64,000 nt of DNA from Bacillota bacterium (GCA_021803205.1 JAJZMB010000114.1:6877-70876), one strand, 5' to 3'. Shown: positions 19,319 through 30,149, counted from the first letter of the stretch. A program made the numbers and translations. Notes: generated by a model not told the origin, from the sequence alone.

Positions 19319-20374
19319 GTGGCTGTCCGTGACTTCACCCGCCTCACCAGCCTCGCTGCCTGCGCCGGGTGAGCGGCCAAGAAGGCGCCAGGGGACCTGG
19401 CGCACATGCTCCGCGGTTTCAGTGCGCTCTTTCCGGCCGAACTGACGCGCGAGCTGATCGTCGGGCTGGATGCGCCGGACGACGCCGCCGTGTATCGTTT
19501 GGACGAGCACCGCGCCCTGATCTTTACGGCCGACTACTTCCCCCCGGTCGTCGACGATCCGCGCGCGTACGGCGGCATCGCCGCTGCCAACGCGCTCAAC
19601 GACGTCTTCGCCATGGGCGGCAAGCCCGCCTTGGCGCTCAACCTGGCCTGCTTTCCTGACGACATGCCGTTCGAGGTGGCGAGGGAAATCCTTTGGGGCG
19701 GAGCCGAAAAGGCGCGGGAAGCCGGGGCGGTGGTGGCCGGGGGGCACACCACGCGCGGGGAGGAGCCTACTTACGGTCTGGCCGTGATCGGCTTCGTCGA
19801 CCCGGCGAAGCTGACGCGCAAGGGCGGGGCGATGCCCGGAGACCGCCTGCTGTTGAGCAAGCCCATCGGCAGCGGCGTTGTGACCACCGCCGGCAAGGGC
19901 GGTGCGGCCTCCCCGGCGGTGATCCGGGCAGCGGTCGCTTCGATGTCCCAGCTCAACGCGGCGGCGGCGGACGCAGCGGCAGTCACCGCCGCGCACACGG
20001 GCACGGATGTGACGGGCTTCGGCCTTGTGGGGCACGCCTTGGAGATGGCGGCACCCGCCGGCGTGGCCTTCCGCATCTTCCCCGCGCGCGTCCCGCTCTT
20101 GCCGGGGGCGGCGGACTGCGGGCGTGCGGAGTGGTTTCCGGGGGGCACGGCCAGGAACGAGGCGCACTTCGGCGGCCGTGTCCGGGCGGCGACCGATTTG
20201 GATCCGCTCCTGCGGCGCCTGATGTTCTCTCCGGAGACGGCGGGCGGCCTGCTGGTCGCCGTGCCCGCGGAACGCGTGCCGGATTTCGTCGCTGCGGCCC
20301 GCGCCGGTGGGCAGTCCGTATGGGAGATCGGCGAGGTCGTGGAGGGCACGGGGGTCGAACTGGCCTCCGTTTGA
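19319..20374 (+). CDS. selD: Selenide, water dikinase SelD, selenocysteine-containing (UGA 19370-19372)
   Basis: RLTSLAACAG-U-AAK active-site motif, DDAAVY, TADYFPPVVDDP, NALNDVFAMGG, GGHT, TDVTGFGL, PETAGGLL; GTG start with AAGGGGGTG RBS. Confidence 0.95.
19385..19403 (+). promoter_or_regulatory. SECIS hairpin of selD
   Basis: GCGCCAGG-gga-CCTGGCGC after a 12-nt spacer from the UGA. Confidence 0.75.
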
Positions 20375-20454
20375 GCAGGGCGCCGGCTTTCGGTCACGCG
20401 CCCTGCGCCGTATGACGAGGGAACGGCCGCTTTGCCGGGGCTGCCGTTCCCCCG

Positions 20455-22545
20455 TCACGCCAACCGCCGCACATCGCCCTCACGCCGGGTGACGTGGATC
20501 CCGTCCAGGTACTCTGCCAGGGGCACCGCAAACTTGCGCGTCACACCGAGCAGGTCGCGCAGTTCCGCCACCGTCAGCGTGCCGTGCTCCCGGAGGTACG
20601 TCCGTACCTGCGCCACCGCCGCCGCGAGCGACCGGGCGCCAAAGCACAGGCCCGCGTCCACCCGCGCCAGCCGACCCGTCTCCACCAGGTGGGCGAGCAG
20701 TTCGCCGCGCTCGGCATCGTCGCCGGAAAACCCCGAGGCCGCCAGCGCCTCCACCACTGGCGGGGGTTGCAGCCCAGCGGCCTCCAACGCCGTCACCAAC
20801 CGGTCCGCCACCGCGGCGAGGTCCGTCGGCAGGGCCGGCGTGTGCTCCGGCAGCGCCACCCGCTCCCCCTCGGATCGCACGCGGCCCTCCTCGGCCAGCC
20901 GCGCGACGATCGCGGCGGCCCCCCGGGCGTCGATCCCGGCCAGCGCCGCGCGGCGCAACTCCTCGCGGGGCATTCCCGGCCGCAGGGGATGACGCGCGTG
21001 GTAGTCCGCCAGCGCTTGCGCGACGGACGCACGGAGATCGTTCCAGCCATGGGCCGCGATGTATATCGCGGCCTCACCCGCACCCCCGAGGGCGATCAAC
21101 TCGGTGCCATCCACCAGCGCCTGCGCGCGCGGCTGCGCCTCCGCCACCGGCAGTCCCGCACGCTGTGCCGCGTTCGCCAGCGATCGCGGAGTGCTCCCAC
21201 TGAAAGCCGCCAGCAGCAGTTCGCGCGGGTCGCCCTTCTCCGCCAGCACCAACGCCTGCAGATCCGCAGTGCGGTATCGGCGGAAGCGATGGCCGACCTC
21301 GAGCACCGTGCCGCCGCCGACGGTGGCCACCGGGCTGTACGAACGCACGATGAAGCGGTCGCCGCGGCCGGCCGCGACCGGACGCTCAAGGCGGAGCATG
21401 GTGAAGGCGGAGGCCCCCGGTTCCAGGGTGTCGCCCTCCAGCAGGGTGGCGCGGCACAGTACCTCCGCGGTGCCCAGATGTAGGTGCAAACGCTGACCGT
21501 TCTTCAGGGGAGTGGCGTTGGCGGGCAGCGCCAGCAGCCGGACGGCCAGCAGGTCCGCGGCCCCGAGGCTACCGGGGGTCGCCAACACCTCGCCGCGGCG
21601 CACATCCGCGCGTCCGACGCCACCGAGGTTGACCGCGACACGCTGACCGGCGCGCACCCGTTCCACGGACCGGCCGTGCACCTGCAGGGCGCGCACCCGG
21701 ACGGACAGGCCCGCCGGCAGCAGTTCCAGGCGGTCGTCGACGGACACGGCGCCGGAGGTCAGCGTCCCGGTGACCACTGTGCCGAAACCGGCCACAGAGA
21801 AGACTCGGTCGACGGGCAGCCGGACAAAGCCGCGGTCCTGGTGCCCCTCCGCGCCGGCCAAGGTCGCGTCGAGGGCGCTGCGCAATTCGGGCAGCCCCTG
21901 CCCACCGAGGGCCGAAACCGACAGCAGTGGAACGCCGGCAAGGGGGGTGCCCCGCAGGTGGGCGCGGACGTCCTCGGTTACCAGCGCCAACCATTCCGCG
22001 TCCACCAGGTCGACCTTGGTCAAGGCGACGACCCCTGCCGTCACGCCGAGCAGCAGGGCGATGTCCAGGTGCTCACGCGTCTGCGGCATCACACCTTCGT
22101 TACCGGCGACGACCAGTAGCGCCAAGTCGATCCCGGTCGCGCCTGCGACCATGTTGCGGATGAAACGCTCATGTCCGGGGACATCGACGATTGCCGCGTG
22201 GCGCCCCGAGGGCAGGGCGAGGTCGGCAAAGCCCAGATCGATACTGATGCCCCGCCGCTTCTCCTCCGGCAGGCGGTCGGTGTCCACGCCGGTCAGCGCG
22301 CGCACCAGCGTGGTCTTGCCATGGTCGACATGGCCCACGGTGCCGATGACACCAGGCGGGACCGGCGCCGCGGCGGTTCCGCCCGATGTCGCGATCGGCG
22401 CGGGCGACGGCCTGCGCGACTCCTTGGGCAGAGTGATGACCCCCTTTCCGGCGTAGCAAGCCCTGTTGGCATGTGTCTGGATGCGCGGTACACGCCCCTT
22501 CGGCCGCGGCGGAGCCGTCGCCATCCCCGGTAGCAGCGGCTGCAC
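20455..22545 (-). CDS. selB: Selenocysteine-specific elongation factor SelB
   Basis: [34 protein letters not shown]; C-terminal winged helix [19 protein letters not shown]. Confidence 0.95.
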   Translation of the reverse strand: MQPLLPGMATAPPRPKGRVPRIQTHANRACYAGKGVITLPKESRRPSPAPIATSGGTAAAPVPPGVIGTVGHVDHGKTTLVRALTGVDTDRLPEEKRRGISIDLGFADLALPSGRHAAIVDVPGHERFIRNMVAGATGIDLALLVVAGNEGVMPQTREHLDIALLLGVTAGVVALTKVDLVDAEWLALVTEDVRAHLRGTPLAGVPLLSVSALGGQGLPELRSALDATLAGAEGHQDRGFVRLPVDRVFSVAGFGTVVTGTLTSGAVSVDDRLELLPAGLSVRVRALQVHGRSVERVRAGQRVAVNLGGVGRADVRRGEVLATPGSLGAADLLAVRLLALPANATPLKNGQRLHLHLGTAEVLCRATLLEGDTLEPGASAFTMLRLERPVAAGRGDRFIVRSYSPVATVGGGTVLEVGHRFRRYRTADLQALVLAEKGDPRELLLAAFSGSTPRSLANAAQRAGLPVAEAQPRAQALVDGTELIALGGAGEAAIYIAAHGWNDLRASVAQALADYHARHPLRPGMPREELRRAALAGIDARGAAAIVARLAEEGRVRSEGERVALPEHTPALPTDLAAVADRLVTALEAAGLQPPPVVEALAASGFSGDDAERGELLAHLVETGRLARVDAGLCFGARSLAAAVAQVRTYLREHGTLTVAELRDLLGVTRKFAVPLAEYLDGIHVTRREGDVRRLA

Positions 22546-22557
22546 GGCGGCTCCCCC

Positions 22558-24006
22558 CTACCGGGTGCGCTCCAAAGCCGCAGCCACCAATTCCGGCAGG
22601 GCCTGCTCATCCTCCGGAAACAGAGTCCGCGGATCCAGCAGCACCGCATCCATCCGGATGCGGGCGACCACCGGGGGGTCGCCTCGCCGGAGCGCAGCGG
22701 CCAGAGCCTGCGCGCCGCACACCGCCGGGCGAAGCGCCACAACCGAAGTCGGCAGCGGGCAATCCGGCAGGGCGCCGGCACCCACGGCCGACTCTCCCGC
22801 TTCGATGCCGGCCTTGCAGGCCGTGCCCAACCGGTCTGAGAGGGAGTGCGCCATCCGCTGCGCCGCGGCCAACAGGTCCGGCGGCAACCGCGCCAACATG
22901 GCCAGCGCGGGCACGGCCTCTGCCGCCCGCCCGGCCCGGTACAGGTTCAGGGTGGCCTCCAGTGCCGCCAGCGTCATCTTGTCCACGCGCACGGCGCGGT
23001 GCAGCGGGTGGCGGGCACAGGCGCGCACGTGGTCGGCACTTCCGCAGATCAAGCCGGCCTGAGGACCGCCGAGCAGTTTGTCCCCACTGAAGGTGACCAC
23101 GTCCAGCCCGGTGGCCAGGGCGCTCCGCACGTCGATCTGTTCTGGGCTGCCGACCCCGGGAAGGTCCGGCGCCAGTGCCCCCGATCCCATGTCGTAGGCA
23201 ACGGGGACGTTATGCCGGCGCCCCACTTCCACAAGCTCCCTCAGGCTCGGCGCCGTGGCGAAGCCCACAATGCGAAAGTTGCTCTGATGCACCTTGAGCA
23301 GCAGCGCCGTGTCCGCCCCTACGGCGGCCGCGTAATCCCCGGCGTAGGTGCGGTTGGTGGTGCCGACCTCCCGCAGATGCGCCCCACTTTGGGTCAGCAC
23401 CTCCGGAACGCGAAAGCTGCCCCCGATCTCAACCAGTTCGCCACGCGAGACCACGACCTGCCTGCCAGCGGCCAGGGCGGACAGCAGCAGCAGCACCGCG
23501 GCGGCGTTGTTATTGACCACCAGTGCCGCCTCGGCACCCGTGATGGCCCGCAGATGTTCGGCGACCAGTGAGGAGCGATCGCCACGCTCCCCGGTATCCA
23601 GATCGAATTCCAGATTGCTGTAGCGCGTCGCGGTGGCGCGCACGGCTTCGGCCGCCGCCGGCGCCAGCGGCGCCCGCCCCAGACCTGTGTGCAGGACGAC
23701 GCCGGTGGCATTGATGACGCGATGCAGTCGGGGCCGACACTCCACAGTGAGGTGCGCGATCACGGACGCCGGCACATCCACGCCGTCAGGGAGCAGTCCC
23801 GCGCTGGGAGATTCCGCGCGGATCTCGTCCAGCACCGTTGCGCACGTGTTCCGCACCCGGGCACGGCCCACGCGCTCCACCCAGGGCAACAGGCGCGGAT
23901 CCGCCAGCAGTGCGTGCATCGCGGGGAGGCGTCCCGGACGGACGCCTGCCGTCGGGCGCGGGCACCTCCCGCCTGCGCCGCCCACCCCGCCAGGTATCGA
24001 TCCCAC
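22558..24006 (-). CDS. selA: L-seryl-tRNA(Sec) selenium transferase SelA
   Basis: VINATGVVLHTGLGRAPL, VNNNAAA, SRGELVEIGGSFR, EVGTTNRT, FSGDKLLGGPQAG; start inferred. Confidence 0.95.
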   Translation of the reverse strand: MGSIPGGVGGAGGRCPRPTAGVRPGRLPAMHALLADPRLLPWVERVGRARVRNTCATVLDEIRAESPSAGLLPDGVDVPASVIAHLTVECRPRLHRVINATGVVLHTGLGRAPLAPAAAEAVRATATRYSNLEFDLDTGERGDRSSLVAEHLRAITGAEAALVVNNNAAAVLLLLSALAAGRQVVVSRGELVEIGGSFRVPEVLTQSGAHLREVGTTNRTYAGDYAAAVGADTALLLKVHQSNFRIVGFATAPSLRELVEVGRRHNVPVAYDMGSGALAPDLPGVGSPEQIDVRSALATGLDVVTFSGDKLLGGPQAGLICGSADHVRACARHPLHRAVRVDKMTLAALEATLNLYRAGRAAEAVPALAMLARLPPDLLAAAQRMAHSLSDRLGTACKAGIEAGESAVGAGALPDCPLPTSVVALRPAVCGAQALAAALRRGDPPVVARIRMDAVLLDPRTLFPEDEQALPELVAAALERTR

Positions 24007-24605
24007 GTCCCTCTCCCTCTTCGTCGCGGCATCCGGAACCGGCCCAAGATCCGGCACCCAGCCTGCCTCCCCGTACTCAGCCACCGCGCCAGCGTCGACA
24101 TCTGCTTCAGTGCGAGCGTAGCGGGTTCCCGGCGTCCGCGTCCAGTCGGCGGCGGCAGCGCGCCAGCCGGACGCGAACCCGGTGCGCCGTACCGGTCCGC
24201 ACGGACGGCGCGCTGCCGGGCCCACGCTGGCCGCGGGACCAGTCCCCCTCTGCAGGCCCGTTGCGCCGATGCCCCACGTCCCCCATGGCCTCACCGTTCG
24301 CTTCCCCCGCTAAGCCCGATTTTGGCAGAGCCATTGCGGGCGTACGCGCGGCCGGGCGTCGGGCGTCACCACGCCCGGATACCGTGCTCCCGGAGCGGTC
24401 GTGGGGCTCCGGGAGTGCGGGGTGGGCTTTTGCCGCGAACTGGAGAGCAATCCTGACCCGGCACGCAGTTCCCGCGAGGTGTTTGGTGCGCCGTGCCGTA
24501 ATCTGCATCACTGTCCGGTGTGGGGTCTTCCGGCCATCCTGGCCGTGGCAGCCCTATCCCGGGTGCGGCGTGGGTGGGCTTTCCGCCGCGGCGGGTGGCA
24601 CATTT

Positions 24606-24700
24606 GGGAGTAGCAGGATGACTGGTGTCGCCCCCGGTCTTCAAAACCGGTGAGCCGGCTTCGGCCGGCTGGTGGGTTCGATTCCCACATGCTCCCGCCA
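24606..24700 (+). tRNA. selC: tRNA-Sec (anticodon UCA)
   Basis: CCGGT-CTTCAAA-ACCGG anticodon arm, long variable arm, GTGGG-TTCGATT-CCCAC T arm, encoded GCCA end; divergent from selA. Confidence 0.95.
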
Positions 24701-24880
24701 AGCGTTGAGCTGCAAGCTGCACAGGCAAGAGCCCCCAGAGATCCCTCCGGAGGCTCTTGCCGTTTCCAGACCGGTTCCGGTCACGATCTGGTCACGCGCT
24801 GCCGATGACGGTCAGCTACCAACGGCGACGGGTCTTCCCGCCGAGCGGCGGCGAGACCGGAAGGGCGGGCGGATCGAACC

Positions 24881-26083
24881 TTGCAGGCAGCAGGCGCCAC
24901 GGTCTCCCTGGGCACGCACCGCCCGGCGGCAGGCGCGGCACCATTTCCCGGGGATGCCCGGGGAAGGGGGGTGTCCTTCGCCGCCCTGATCTGGATGCAC
25001 TTCGTCAACGACGGCCTGTCCGCATACCTGCCCGGGGTGCTGCCGTACCTGGTGGTGGCCCGGCACATCTCCCTGCCCTGGGCCGGAGCCCTCATGAGCA
25101 TCCTCCTGGTGGGACAGGCCCTGCAACCCCTGGCGGGCATCTGGGCCGACCGGATCGGCGGGCGGCGCCTGATGGTCCTGGGACCCGTGCTCGGCGCCCT
25201 GGGCACGCTGGGACTGGCCTTCGCCTCGGACTATGCGGCGTTCGCCGTCGCCCTGTTCCTCATCGGCGCCGGCAGCACGATCTACCACCCGCAGGCGCTC
25301 AGCGCGGCCCGCAGCCTTGCGGCGCGCCGCGAGGGGACCAGCATGTCCGCCTTTCTTGTGGGCGGGGAACTCGGGCGGGCCATCGCTCCGCTGGCGGCAG
25401 GCGCGATCGCCGTGGGGTTCGGACTGACGCGGCTGTGGTGGCTCGCGCTCCCGGTGGCCCTGACCTGGCCCTGGATCTGGCGGGTCCTGCCCCAACTGCC
25501 GGCACGGCCGGCCGGCACGGTGCGCGTGGCCTGGGGCCGGCACCGCGGGCCCATGCTTGCGCTGGTCGCCTTCGGCGCACTGCGAGCGGCCACAATGTAC
25601 GGCATCAGCACCTTCGCCCCGCTGCTCTGGCAGCAGCGGGGCGGCTCGCTGGTCGCCGGGGCCGGATTGGTCACCACGCTGGTCGGCGTCGGTATCGCCG
25701 GCAATCTGACCGGCGGCCTGGTCGCCGACCGCTGGGGCCGGCGACCCGTCCTGGCCGGGTCCGCGCTCCTTGGCGCCGCGATGCTCGCCCTGTTCCTGGT
25801 CGTGCACGGACCCTGGCTGTGGCCCGCGCTCGGCGCCGCCGGCATCGCCCTGTTCTCAACGCTGCCGGTGACCACGCTGGTGGGACAGGACATCTTCGCG
25901 GAGAACCCGGCGCTCGGCTCCGGCGTCGCCATCGGCTTCGGGAACGGACTGGGCGCCCTGCTCCTGCCCCCACTGGCCCTGGCCGCCGCCCGCTGGGGCA
26001 CGGCTGCGCCCCTCTGGATCATCTCCGGGCTGATGCTCTGCTGCCTACCGACCGTCGGGGTGCTGGCGCCGCGCCGCCGGTGA
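24881..26083 (+). CDS. MFS transporter (Fsr-like)
   Basis: HFVND, QPLAGIWADRIGGR, GSTIYHPQA, GGLVADRWGRR; about 12 TM; start uncertain. Confidence 0.85.
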   Translation: MQAAGATVSLGTHRPAAGAAPFPGDARGRGVSFAALIWMHFVNDGLSAYLPGVLPYLVVARHISLPWAGALMSILLVGQALQPLAGIWADRIGGRRLMVLGPVLGALGTLGLAFASDYAAFAVALFLIGAGSTIYHPQALSAARSLAARREGTSMSAFLVGGELGRAIAPLAAGAIAVGFGLTRLWWLALPVALTWPWIWRVLPQLPARPAGTVRVAWGRHRGPMLALVAFGALRAATMYGISTFAPLLWQQRGGSLVAGAGLVTTLVGVGIAGNLTGGLVADRWGRRPVLAGSALLGAAMLALFLVVHGPWLWPALGAAGIALFSTLPVTTLVGQDIFAENPALGSGVAIGFGNGLGALLLPPLALAAARWGTAAPLWIISGLMLCCLPTVGVLAPRRR

Positions 26084-26115
26084 GGGTGCCGCGCAGAATT
26101 CCAGGCACGTCACCC

Positions 26116-26793
26116 TCATCCCAGTTCCGCCAGGGCCTCCTCCACCGCCTCCACCCTCCGCCCGACGATGAACGGCGTCTCCGATTTCGTCCAGCGGCGG
26201 GCCTCGGCCTCCCGCAGACGCCGAATCAGGGCGGCGAAGCGCTCCGGCCGATCGCACTCGAAGGCCAGCAGCCACTCCCAATCGCCGAGACCGAAGGCCT
26301 GCACGTTGTTGGTCTGGATCTCGGGGAACTCCCGCCCCATCAGGCCGTGCTCACGCAGGATCCGCCCCCGCTCCGCATGCGGCAGCAAGTACCACTCCGG
26401 GGTGCGCACGAACGGGTAGAGGCAGAGGTAGCGCAGCGGCGGCTTGCCCAGTTGGAAACTGGCGTAGTGGTCCCCAACGTATTCCGGCTTGTGGGCTACG
26501 CCAAGAAAGGCGTGTGACAGATCACAGCAGCGGCCGAACAGCGTCCGCCGCAGCTCCGCCGCCACCGCCTGGATGGCCGCGACGTCTTCGGCCAGCAACC
26601 AGAAGGCCAGATCGGCGTCCGGCCGCAGGCCCGCCGTGCTGTAGACCCCACGGACGGTGACCTCGGGGTGGGCGCACAGCGCGTCGCGGACCTCCCTGGC
26701 GGCATCCCCGCGCGGGGCGCTCAGCCAGCGCCAGGTGCGCCGATAGACCAGAGTATGGGTGAACTGCGTCTCCGGAACCTGCAGCGTGCTCAC
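26116..26793 (-). CDS. hemQ: Coproheme decarboxylase / chlorite dismutase family (HemQ/ChdC)
   Basis: GVYSTAGLRPDADL, YPFVRTPEWYLL, EHG, AFGLGDWEWLLAFE. Confidence 0.8.
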   Translation of the reverse strand: MSTLQVPETQFTHTLVYRRTWRWLSAPRGDAAREVRDALCAHPEVTVRGVYSTAGLRPDADLAFWLLAEDVAAIQAVAAELRRTLFGRCCDLSHAFLGVAHKPEYVGDHYASFQLGKPPLRYLCLYPFVRTPEWYLLPHAERGRILREHGLMGREFPEIQTNNVQAFGLGDWEWLLAFECDRPERFAALIRRLREAEARRWTKSETPFIVGRRVEAVEEALAELG

Positions 26794-26895
26794 AGCGACC
26801 ACTCCCCGCAGAAGGCGGCCGGGTCTGGGGATCGGAGCCGCGACGCCGGCGCGGCCCATCCCGCCCACGCCGGCCTGCCTGAAAACTGGACCGCC

Positions 26896-28794
26896 TCAGC
26901 CCAAAAGGGTCTCCAACTCCTCGACCAGCCGTCCGAAGACCGCCATCGCGGCGTCTACCGGCCCGGGCGAGGCCATGTCCACCCCCGCCTCCCGCAGCAG
27001 GTCCACCGGATACTTGGACGCGCCGGCGCGCAGGAACCCCAGGTACCGTTGCCGCGCCGCCGCGCCGTCGCGGCAGATCGCCTCCGCCAGCGCCTGGGCA
27101 GCCGAGAAGCCGGTCGCATACTTGTACACGTAGAAGGCGTTATAGAAGTGGGGGATGCGCGCCCACTCCAGATCGATCTGCGGGTCGACCTCCACCTCCG
27201 GACCGTAGTAGGCCAGGTTGAGTTCGCGATAGGCCGCCGAGAGGGAGTCGGCCGTGAGCGCCTCCCCCGCCTCAGCCCTCTCGTGAATGACCTTTTCGAA
27301 CTCTGCGAACATGACCTGGCGGAAAACGGTCGTGCGGAACTCCTCCAGGTAGTGGTTCACCAGGTAGGCCCGCTGCCGCCGCTCCGTCGCCTGTTCCAGG
27401 AGGTGGCGCATCAGCAGGGACTCGTTCGCCGTGCTCGCCACCTCCGCCACAAAGATGGAGTGGCCGGCGTAGGGGTAGGGCTGCGTCTCCTGCGCCAGGT
27501 GGCTGTGCAATGCGTGCCCAAATTCATGGGCGATGGTGAACACATGGTCGATGCTGCCCTGGTAGTTGAGCAGCACAAAGGGGTGCACGCCGTAGACTCC
27601 CCAGGAGTAGGCTCCGCCGGTCTTGCCCTGGTTCTCGAAGACGTCGACCCAGCCCGAGGCCACGCCCTCGCAGTAACGGCGCACGTAGTCCTCCCCGAGG
27701 GGCGCAAGGCCCCGCTGCACCGTGCGCAGGGCCTCCGCGTAAGGGATGTGCGCCTCCGGCTCCTCCACCAGGGGCACGTGGAGGTCATACATGTGCAGGC
27801 GCTCCAGGCCGAGCGCGCGACGGCGCAAGCGCAAGTAGCGATGCAGCGCCGGGAGACTCCCACGCACTGCGGCGATCAGGTTCTCGTACACCGCGAGCGG
27901 GACGTTGTCGGCGTCCAGCGCCATCTGCAGGGAACTGGCGTAGCGGCGTGACTGGGCGTAGAACCAGTCGCGCTTGACCGACGCCGAGAGCAGGGCGCCC
28001 AGAGTGTTGCGCTGTTTGGCGTACGTGGCATATAGAGTCTCGAAGGACTCGCGGCGCACCGCGCGGTTTCCGCTCTCCATGAAGCGGATGAAGCGTCCCT
28101 TGGTGAGTTCCACAAGACGGCCCTGGTCGTCGTGCACGTTCGGAAAGGTCAGGTCGGCGTCGTTGAGCATGCCGAAGACGGTGTCCGGGGCACGCGCGAT
28201 CTCCCCGGCGCGGGCGAGCAGTTCCTCCTCGGGTGCGGAAAGCACGTGCGGCTTCTGGCGCAGGAGGTTGTCCAGCTTGTGCCGGTAAATCGCCAGGCCC
28301 GCCGCCTCCGGCGGGGGCGCCGCGCACCAGCGGCGGAGCCGCGCCTCGGGCAGGGAGAGGAGTTCGGGCTCGAAGTACGCCCAGGCACCCTCGATCTGCG
28401 TGGCCAGCATCGCCACGCGGCCCATCATCGCCTGGTAGGTGCTGACGCGGGTGTCCTCGTCGCTCCTCATGTGGGCGTAGGCGAAAAGCTTCTCAAGCTC
28501 CCGGCCTGTCTCGTCCTGGGTCGAGAGGGCCTGCAGCAGCACGCGCGGGCCCTCCCCCAAGCGCCCGCGGAAGCCTGCCGCCAGGGCGATCCGGCCCTGC
28601 AGCGCGGCCAAGGCGTCCTCCCATGCGGCGTCGTCCGAAAAGATGTCCTGCAGGTGCCAGCGGTGCTCGGGCGGGATGTCCGCCCGGGCCCGGAGGACAT
28701 CGGGACCGGGGGCGCCCGGTCCGCGCAGGCCCTCCGGCGCCCGGAGGGGAAGGATGGCCCGAGGATCGCCCGGGACGCGTCGCGAGCGCGGCAC
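26896..28794 (-). CDS. pepF: Oligoendopeptidase F (M3B)
   Basis: W.LQDIF, GKTGGAYS, AHEFGHALH, FVAEVAST, WARIPHFY, YVYKYATG; GTG start with AAGGAGG. Confidence 0.93.
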   Translation of the reverse strand: MPRSRRVPGDPRAILPLRAPEGLRGPGAPGPDVLRARADIPPEHRWHLQDIFSDDAAWEDALAALQGRIALAAGFRGRLGEGPRVLLQALSTQDETGRELEKLFAYAHMRSDEDTRVSTYQAMMGRVAMLATQIEGAWAYFEPELLSLPEARLRRWCAAPPPEAAGLAIYRHKLDNLLRQKPHVLSAPEEELLARAGEIARAPDTVFGMLNDADLTFPNVHDDQGRLVELTKGRFIRFMESGNRAVRRESFETLYATYAKQRNTLGALLSASVKRDWFYAQSRRYASSLQMALDADNVPLAVYENLIAAVRGSLPALHRYLRLRRRALGLERLHMYDLHVPLVEEPEAHIPYAEALRTVQRGLAPLGEDYVRRYCEGVASGWVDVFENQGKTGGAYSWGVYGVHPFVLLNYQGSIDHVFTIAHEFGHALHSHLAQETQPYPYAGHSIFVAEVASTANESLLMRHLLEQATERRQRAYLVNHYLEEFRTTVFRQVMFAEFEKVIHERAEAGEALTADSLSAAYRELNLAYYGPEVEVDPQIDLEWARIPHFYNAFYVYKYATGFSAAQALAEAICRDGAAARQRYLGFLRAGASKYPVDLLREAGVDMASPGPVDAAMAVFGRLVEELETLLG

Positions 28795-29224
28795 GGATCC
28801 ATGCCTCCTTTGGCGGAGCAACGGGTGGGGAACCATGCTGCGGGGCCCGTGGGTACCGGGGCCCGGGTTCTCGGCGGGACACGGGCCGACACAACCCGGA
28901 CGGCGGGCCGGAATCGGGAACCGGCGGCGCCACCCGGATGACGGGACGGGGAAACGGGACCCCGCCGAACCGGCGGTACGGAGTGGGCAACGGCACGGGA
29001 ATCCATGTGCGGCAAGCGCTGGCGGCACCCGCCTCAGGCACCGCAACCGGCGATGGCGATCGACGACGCGGTGAGTCTATCAGATGCCGCGCGCCAGTGC
29101 AGGCAGGACCGGGAAGGAGGCGGAGTATGCGGGCGGATCCGCCTCCGCGCCGGAGCAGAGAGACCTTGCAGCAAAGGGGTTAACAAGACAGTGGCTCCGG
29201 GAGAGCGGACTCTCACGGCGCCAT

Positions 29225-30049
29225 CTACCCCTGGTCCCCCCGCAGCCAGTGCCGCACCGTCTCCAGGTGGCGCGCCAGAACGGCCTCGGGCTCCGCGATG
29301 TCGCGCTCCCAGTACTTCTCCCACTCCAGGGTGAGCCATCCACTGTAGCCCTTTTCCCTCAACACGCCCAGACACTCACGCAGGGGCACCTCCCCCAGGC
29401 CGATCGGCGCGGCGCGCCAGCGGCCCGTCTCGTCCCGCCGGCCGTCCTTGAAGTGGACATGCCGCACGCGCGGACCGATGTCGGCCCAGACCTGCCACGG
29501 CGTCTCGCCCATGCGGGTGGGATGCAGGACGTCCCAGAGGGCCTGCACGTGCGGGGTGTCCAGGCGGCGCAGCACCTCGGCCGCGACGCGTGCCGAGGAG
29601 AGGCCGTCGTGCGTCTCAAGGACGATGGCGACGCCCAGTTCCTCGGCGCGCGGCACAACGCGCCAGAGCGCGGCCGCGACGTAGTCGCAGACGGCGTCTG
29701 CAGCAAGATCCTGGGGGAAAGCCCCGCCATAGGCGCGCACCATGGGCGCACCCACTTCGTGCGCCAGTTCCAGCATCCCGCGCAGGTCATCCTCCTGCGC
29801 CGCGCGGGCGGCGGGATCGGGAGAGGAGAAGGCGGAGCTCGCGCCAACCGCCACGATCGGAAGCCCCGCTTCCGCCGCAAGCCGCCGCATCCGCTGCCTG
29901 TCCGCAGCCGGCAGACGCGGATCGATCGGGCCGCCGCGGAGGCAGCGGAACTCGACCCCCTCGTACCCTGCCCGCGCACACTCCGTGAATACCCTGTCGA
30001 TGGCCCAGTCAGGCGAGCCGAGCGTGGTCCAGGCCAGACGCACCGCCAT
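29225..30049 (-). CDS. Sugar phosphate isomerase/epimerase (xylose isomerase-like TIM barrel)
   Basis: GYEGVE, LETHD, WDVLH, HVHFKD, GWLTLEWE. Confidence 0.85.
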   Translation of the reverse strand: MAVRLAWTTLGSPDWAIDRVFTECARAGYEGVEFRCLRGGPIDPRLPAADRQRMRRLAAEAGLPIVAVGASSAFSSPDPAARAAQEDDLRGMLELAHEVGAPMVRAYGGAFPQDLAADAVCDYVAAALWRVVPRAEELGVAIVLETHDGLSSARVAAEVLRRLDTPHVQALWDVLHPTRMGETPWQVWADIGPRVRHVHFKDGRRDETGRWRAAPIGLGEVPLRECLGVLREKGYSGWLTLEWEKYWERDIAEPEAVLARHLETVRHWLRGDQG

Positions 30050-30149
30050 CCCCCCGTCTCATGGGGCGGCGTGCCGGGCCCGCCCCTGCCGGTCGTTTCG
30101 CCACGCGCGCGCGCCTCCCTGTGGGGCCCGAACGGGCGTGGGCGGGCGG

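Noticed and set aside
18512-19372. Permease and selD as nonsense pseudogenes
   Set aside because: Both TGAs sit at conserved Cys/Sec positions, are followed by equally spaced hairpins, and lie beside selA/selB/selC.
24700-24880. Integrative element at tRNA-Sec
   Set aside because: No integrase and no duplicated tRNA 3' end were seen in the window.
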